NCBI GenBank assembly: GCA_016204585.1
Contig: JACQKH010000045.1
Location: 1 to 39,659, forward strand
Source: Candidatus Kerfeldbacteria bacterium
Lineage (GTDB): Bacteria > Patescibacteriota > Patescibacteriia > SBBC01
DNA: 39,659 bases
Reading direction: 5' to 3'
Part shown: piece by piece, positions 35,243 through 39,659 of the stretch
Layout: the number at the start of each line of letters is the position of its first letter
Numbering within the stretch: the first letter of the stretch is position 1
Notes under the pieces: generated by a model
The model's input: the letters and a program-made list of their open reading frames with translations, nothing else
Databases searched by the model: none
Told to the model about the DNA's origin: nothing
Made by a program: the position numbers and the translations under genes

Positions 35243-35801
35243 TGTAGCCCGCCCATTTATGGGCCTAGCACGAACAAGCCGTGATTGAACCATGCGTGGG
35301 TTGAAACCTGTCAGATTGCCGCAGTACGATTACCGAACCGACGGTTATTATTTTGTGACGGTTGTTTCAAGAAACAGAAAAAATATCTTTCAGAATTCCG
35401 AAAATATCATCGAGGAAGAGCTGGAGAACGTAGCAAAACAAATCCAGGGGTTGTCCGTGGATACAAAAATTGTCATGCCGAACCATGTTCATCTGATTTT
35501 AGTTTTAGAGAATTGTGCATTACCGCTGGGGGAGATTATCAGAAGGTGGAAAGCAAAAGTATCCCATTCATTAGGTTACTCTGTTTGGCAGCCGAATTAT
35601 TACGAACACGTTATTCGAGACGAGGAAGCATTGAACCGAATACGCGAATACGTCATTTATAATCCGGAGCTTGAGATTTTAAAATTCGAACAGTTCTATC
35701 CACGCGATGCCGATAAATCGGCGGGCTACAAAAAGATGCCGACCCCGCCCGCCGAAGTCCCGCATGGCGGGACGGGGCGGGTGAATCGGTGGGCTACATG
35801 A
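35243..35801 (+). mobile_element. RAYT element with flanking REP-like inverted repeats
   Basis: TGTAGCCCGCCCATTTATGGGC (35243-35264) and inverted GCCGATAAATCGGCGGGCTACA (35709-35730); third interrupted copy at 35738-35798. Confidence 0.8.
35292..35801 (+). CDS. REP-associated tyrosine transposase (Y1/IS200-like, RAYT)
   Basis: RLPQYDY, YFVTV, MPNHVHLI (HUH), WQPNYYEHVIRD, YVIYNP. Confidence 0.9.
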   Translation: MRGLKPVRLPQYDYRTDGYYFVTVVSRNRKNIFQNSENIIEEELENVAKQIQGLSVDTKIVMPNHVHLILVLENCALPLGEIIRRWKAKVSHSLGYSVWQPNYYEHVIRDEEALNRIREYVIYNPELEILKFEQFYPRDADKSAGYKKMPTPPAEVPHGGTGRVNRWAT

Positions 35802-36601
35802 ATATTGTCATCGGGGTTGTTGTTTTTGTTCTGGGAACCGCGATTGGCAGTTTTTTGAACGTGGTGATTTACCGTTTGCACGCGGGCGGCTCGCCGCTCC
35901 GCGGCCGGTCGCGTTGTCCGCACTGTAAACATCAGCTGGCTGCTGACGATCTGATACCGGTTCTTAGTTTTGTCATGCTGCGCCGGCGCTGTCGCTACTG
36001 CCATAAACCGATTTCTTGGCAGTACCCGCTAGTGGAGCTCAGTATGGGTTTAGTGGCGCTGACCATGATGCTCCGCTACGGACTGTCGGTTGAGTCATGG
36101 GTGGGAACGGTGCTGGGAGCGTTCCTCTTAGTGATTTTCGTTTATGATCTCCGTCACCAGTTAATCCTCGACCGGGTCAGCATTCCGGCCATGGTCGCGG
36201 CGTTGCTAGGTTCGCTTCTGCTTAAGCGACCGCTGACCGATATCGCCATCGGCGGCGTGGCTGGCGCCGCTTTTTTCTTTCTGCAGTACGTGTTCTCGAA
36301 CGGTCGCTGGATCGGCGGCGGCGACATCCGGCTAGGCGCCGTATTGGGGTTGGCCTTGGGCTGGAAGCTGCTGGCGGTCAGCTTGGTACTGGCGTATTTT
36401 GGCGGTTCAACCGTCGCTTTATTTCTAATCCTGACGAAGCGCCGATCATGGTCAAGCCAAATTCCGTTCGGCACGTTCTTGAGTTTGGCCGGCATCGTAA
36501 CTTTCTTGTGGGGTAACGAGATTCTGGTCTGGTACTTGCACGGCGGATTTTTCGATTGGTTCGTCGGCGCGTTCCTGCGGTTTTACAATCCGGCGGTCTG
36601 A
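35798..36601 (+). CDS. pilD: Prepilin peptidase/N-methyltransferase
   Basis: GSFLNVVIYRL, RSRCPHC, CRYC...ISWQYP, YD, GGGD, IPFG.FL. ATG at 35798. Confidence 0.95.
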   Translation: MNIVIGVVVFVLGTAIGSFLNVVIYRLHAGGSPLRGRSRCPHCKHQLAADDLIPVLSFVMLRRRCRYCHKPISWQYPLVELSMGLVALTMMLRYGLSVESWVGTVLGAFLLVIFVYDLRHQLILDRVSIPAMVAALLGSLLLKRPLTDIAIGGVAGAAFFFLQYVFSNGRWIGGGDIRLGAVLGLALGWKLLAVSLVLAYFGGSTVALFLILTKRRSWSSQIPFGTFLSLAGIVTFLWGNEILVWYLHGGFFDWFVGAFLRFYNPAV

Positions 36602-36610
36602 GGAGAAGAG

Positions 36611-37327
36611 TTGGCAGATTGGAGATTGGAGTCGGGAGTTGACGGTTGTCGAATCACAGAGGAAAATAGGGTAGTGGATACTTCGTCAAATGTCAAAGGT
36701 CAAACGTCAAGAGTCAAATGTCGTTCTGGGTTCACCCTACTCGAACTCCTCATCAGCATGGCCATCTTTGCGATTCTCGGGACCTTCACGGTAATGAGTT
36801 TTCGCAGCGCGGGACAGTTGAATAATCTCCGGCAGGCCGCCAATGAGCTGGTGTCGAATCTCCGGCTGGCCCAGTCCATGTCACAGTCCGGGGCAACGGT
36901 GAATAGTTGTGACGATGGGGGTGAAAAATACAAACTCTGCCCTGACGCAACTTGTTCCATCTGTTCTGAGAAAGCGCCAAAAGGAGGGTATGGTATAAGC
37001 GGCGGTGGTCAATTTGGTGCGTGGTCATCGTTGCCGACGTCAAGGTATATGATATTTGCGGAGTTGTTGGGAGATGGGTATGATCTAAACGATGATCCAA
37101 CGATATTTACCGTTGATTTACCGGCTCAAACCTCCATTTCAATGGTAGATTCGAGCGTGATGGGATTGCATTTTCTCAAGGATGGTCACGCCTACGATTT
37201 TTTTGGCAATATAAGCAATCAATATTTTTGCATCTCTCACAGTAACTTTCCAAACGTGTATCGCAAAGTCACCCTCATCGGCGCCACCGGCCAGATTCAG
37301 GAGGAGGCGGTAGCAGCATGTCCGTAA
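36611..37327 (+). CDS. Minor pilin (FimT/GspH-like)
   Basis: G|FTLLELLISMAI, L..AANEL.SNLRLAQ..S, GYGI. Start uncertain (TTG 36611 with SD, or GTG 36674). Confidence 0.82.
   Translation: MADWRLESGVDGCRITEENRVVDTSSNVKGQTSRVKCRSGFTLLELLISMAIFAILGTFTVMSFRSAGQLNNLRQAANELVSNLRLAQSMSQSGATVNSCDDGGEKYKLCPDATCSICSEKAPKGGYGISGGGQFGAWSSLPTSRYMIFAELLGDGYDLNDDPTIFTVDLPAQTSISMVDSSVMGLHFLKDGHAYDFFGNISNQYFCISHSNFPNVYRKVTLIGATGQIQEEAVAACP
36685..36722 (+). repeat. Heptamer arm (GTCA family) inside a prepilin leader
   Basis: GTCAAAT-GTCAAAG-GTCAAAC-GTCAAGA-GTCAAAT-GTC, translated as SNVKGQTSRVKC. Confidence 0.8.
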
Positions 37328-38091
37328 AACATCAAGCTGATCTTCCCAAAGGGCAGGGCCTGCTCGAGACCGTCATCGGCATCGGCGTGATTATCGCCGG
37401 TACAATCGGCAGCGTTACTCTGATCGCGGCAACGGTTACGGCCGGTCGCGCCACCAACAACAAAGTTATCGCCGCCAGCTTGGCGCGTGAAGGGATCGAG
37501 GCGGTTCGCAACATCCGCGATGCGAATTGGCTACGAATTCAGGCGAACGAGGATACGGACTTAAGCATAGCTGACATTCAGCTTCCCAGCTCGTTTGACG
37601 GGTTGTACGATCAGACCAGCAATTACCACGTCGCGGTCCCCGGGTTCAGCTGGGCCGGTAACAGTTGGACCGTTGGCTCGGTACCGGATCCAGCCATGGA
37701 CTTTAATGACACGAACAGTTTTACGACGAAGATGTGTGGAAAGGTTGGGACTCAGCCGCATGTCTGTTCGGAGATTTACCAGGAGGTAGCGACACAAGCA
37801 TTTTATCAGACCGACAAAGGTTTTTCCGCAAGCGTTCCGCCGGCCACACGATTCAAGCGTTTAGTGAATGTCAATCCGATTTGCCGGGAAGACGATGCGC
37901 CAGCCGATGGCATACCGGACGTCGGCTTTAACGCAGCGGAGAGGATTGAAGCGCTGAACGGTTCTACTTGCAGTGCCACTGAGATTCTCGTCGGCCTCCA
38001 GGTTATTAGCAAGGTCTGTTGGGACGACTGCACTGCTCAGAAAACCTTTCAACTTGAAGACCGGCTGTATAATTGGAAATACGTGAAATGA
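37318..38091 (+). CDS. Minor pilin (PilV-like)
   Basis: KG|QGLLETVIGI, A..LAREGIEAVRNIRD.NW, FKR.V, V.SKV.W, LYNWK. Confidence 0.82.
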   Translation: MSVKHQADLPKGQGLLETVIGIGVIIAGTIGSVTLIAATVTAGRATNNKVIAASLAREGIEAVRNIRDANWLRIQANEDTDLSIADIQLPSSFDGLYDQTSNYHVAVPGFSWAGNSWTVGSVPDPAMDFNDTNSFTTKMCGKVGTQPHVCSEIYQEVATQAFYQTDKGFSASVPPATRFKRLVNVNPICREDDAPADGIPDVGFNAAERIEALNGSTCSATEILVGLQVISKVCWDDCTAQKTFQLEDRLYNWKYVK

Positions 38092-38098
38092 GGTGGGT

Positions 38099-38551
38099 AG
38101 GTTTTAGGTAATAGGTTTTAGGAGTTAGTTTTTCTGGGAGTATGAGTATGCTATCAAATTCGTATAAAGAACTTACGGTATGGCAGAAGTCAATGGAGTT
38201 GGTAACTGCCGTTTACAAATTGACTGAACAGTTTCCGAAAGAGGAGTTATATGGATTGACATCCCAGCTAAGGAGATCGGCGGTTTCCATTCCATCAAAT
38301 ATCGCGGAGGGAAAATACCGAGGAAGTAAAAAAGACTATGTACAATTTCTCAGAATAGCATTTTCTTCCGGTGCTGAACTGGAAACACAAATCGAAATCG
38401 CTAAACGACTTCCATCAACAAAAAATTTGGGTTTTATTGACATTGAAGCAACCCTTGAGGAAGTTATGAAAATGCTGAATGCCTTAATTAAGAAACTGAT
38501 TCAATAGCAACGATATAGTTCTTAACACCTAAAACCTAACACCTAAAACCT
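38099..38551. repeat. Heptamer-periodic inverted repeat (TAGG/CCTA family) enclosing the four-helix-bundle gene
   Basis: Left arm AGGTTTTAGGTAATAGGTTTTAGGAGTTAG (38099-38128); right arm CTTAACACCTAAAACCTAACACCTAAAACCT (38521-38551). Confidence 0.85.
38142..38507 (+). CDS. Four-helix-bundle protein (23S rRNA IVP-like family)
   Basis: SYKELTVWQKSM.L...VY.LT..FPKEE.YGLTSQLRRSAVSIPSNIAEG..R....Y.QFL.IA..S..ELETQ; AT-rich DNA. Confidence 0.93.
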   Translation: MSMLSNSYKELTVWQKSMELVTAVYKLTEQFPKEELYGLTSQLRRSAVSIPSNIAEGKYRGSKKDYVQFLRIAFSSGAELETQIEIAKRLPSTKNLGFIDIEATLEEVMKMLNALIKKLIQ

Positions 38552-39426
38552 TGTCTTTTCATCCGATAGTTCAGAATCATAGACTACGTTTATCAACACG
38601 CAACCCACACGGTTTTACATTACTCGAAATCATCGTGGCCACGGCGATTTTAAGCATGGCCACATTAATCGCCACCGGCCTGTTCGTCGCGGTCACTAGC
38701 TCTCAGAAGAAAGTCGAGTCTTTGTCTAAGGTCCAGAGCGACGCCAGATTCTTAATCGAGTCAATCGCCCAGTCCGTCCGTCTCGCCGGCCTGGACTACT
38801 CGTACTATTTGAACCTTGACGGAGATCCGAATACGCGTGATCCGGTTGATCTTTCTGGCGGTTTGCTTTCGATGTCCGCGGTGACGACTGACACAGCCCA
38901 GGTGGTGACCAAGGACGCCAGCGGCCAAACGTTTTTCAGTCGCTACATGAGAGGAAAGTTTGGCGAAGAAGATCGTTATGCCATTGGCGTCTGTACCCGC
39001 ACACCCGCTCAATTCGCCAGCGACCCCCTGCGCTGTGCGTACCCGACGCTGGCCCCAGAAGACTACCAGGATGTTACCCCGACGAACATCACGGTTGACG
39101 CCTTCAATGTTTGGGTCAGCCCAGGTTCAGATCCAAATGCTTTAGCCCCGAGCGGCACCGCCGACTGCTGGACTAATATAAATGCTGATCCGACGCAAGT
39201 TCCACCCGTCTTTGGTTTTGACTCAATAAATTCAAATTGTACATGTACGGATGCTAGCACGGATTGCTGGTCAGGACAGACCTGTGACCGGGGGATTTGC
39301 TTGAATACTAATCAGCAGCCGAAAGTGACGATTGTCATTTCCTCGAGAGGTGGCGGCAGCCGTCAAGCAGAGCAAGCCACCCAGACTCTTCAGACCACCG
39401 TGTCGGCCAGGATTTATAAGCGGTAA
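38551..39426 (+). CDS. Minor pilin (PilW/GspJ-like) with Cys-rich insert
   Basis: G|FTLLEIIVATAI, R..IE.I...VR, QPKVTI.I, LQTTVS.R.Y. Only a TTG start is available after the in-frame TAA at 38530. Confidence 0.82.
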   Translation: MSFHPIVQNHRLRLSTRNPHGFTLLEIIVATAILSMATLIATGLFVAVTSSQKKVESLSKVQSDARFLIESIAQSVRLAGLDYSYYLNLDGDPNTRDPVDLSGGLLSMSAVTTDTAQVVTKDASGQTFFSRYMRGKFGEEDRYAIGVCTRTPAQFASDPLRCAYPTLAPEDYQDVTPTNITVDAFNVWVSPGSDPNALAPSGTADCWTNINADPTQVPPVFGFDSINSNCTCTDASTDCWSGQTCDRGICLNTNQQPKVTIVISSRGGGSRQAEQATQTLQTTVSARIYKR

Positions 39427-39433
39427 CATTGAC

Positions 39434-39659
39434 ATGATGCCATCCAGACGCCATCGCCGACAGAATGAACAGGGAGTGGCCTTGCTGCTGGCTCTTTTGC
39501 TGGTGGCGGCGTTGACGGCGGCCGGCATCGGCGCCTCGACCCTAATCGTCAAGGAGTTCAAGACTACGGCCAGCACTGACCAGGGCATCGCCGCCTATTA
39601 CGCGGCCGACGCCGGGGTCGAACGCGCGTTGTTCACGGTCTTTAACAACCGCATTGCCG
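39434..39659 (+). CDS. PilX-like minor pilin, truncated by window end
   Basis: Own translation: MMPSRRHRRQNEQG|VALLLALLLVAALTAAGIG...AYYAADAGVERAL. Confidence 0.8.
   Translation, partial: MMPSRRHRRQNEQGVALLLALLLVAALTAAGIGASTLIVKEFKTTASTDQGIAAYYAADAGVERALFTVFNNRIA

Noticed and set aside
38142-38507. Diversity-generating retroelement (Avd-like gene)
   Set aside because: No reverse transcriptase, and I found no TR/VR pair with adenine-specific mismatches in the window.
6113-38551. Periodic repeats as CRISPR arrays
   Set aside because: Units are 7-9 nt with no unique 25-45-nt spacers, and no cas genes are present.

Overview
This 39.7-kb bacterial window is most consistent with a Patescibacteria/CPR (Parcubacteria-like) genome. 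That is an inference from gene content: a type IV pilus locus with no secretin in the window, tRNA-Arg(GCG), CPR-style surface proteins and many small palindromic repeats. The left part holds a putative copper/metal operon with a palindromic operator and three tRNA genes (Arg-GCG, Ser-TGA, Ser-GCT). These tRNAs are surrounded by degenerate tRNA fragments, duplicated promoters, small AT-rich genes and a GIY-YIG nuclease gene, followed by comF, clpC, htpX and lemA. The middle part (11.8-25.1 kb) is an operon-like array of seven secreted surface proteins: two families of three paralogues with phage-tail-fibre-like motifs, plus a ~1950-aa nested-domain giant whose signal peptide carries an in-frame hairpin MITE. 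The right part is a type IV pilus cluster (pilM-N-O-small gene-pilB-REC-degenerate pilT-pilC-pilA, pilD, minor pilins) with a REP-associated tyrosine transposase and a four-helix-bundle gene inserted. Best candidates for undescribed biology: (1) ~7-nt-periodic inverted-repeat hairpins at gene junctions, one of which holds the four-helix-bundle gene in its loop; (2) the 3+3+1 fibre/adhesin array; (3) tRNA genes with leader-trailer extended stems and interrupted fragment copies. All calls come from reading the sequence by eye; no searches were run.
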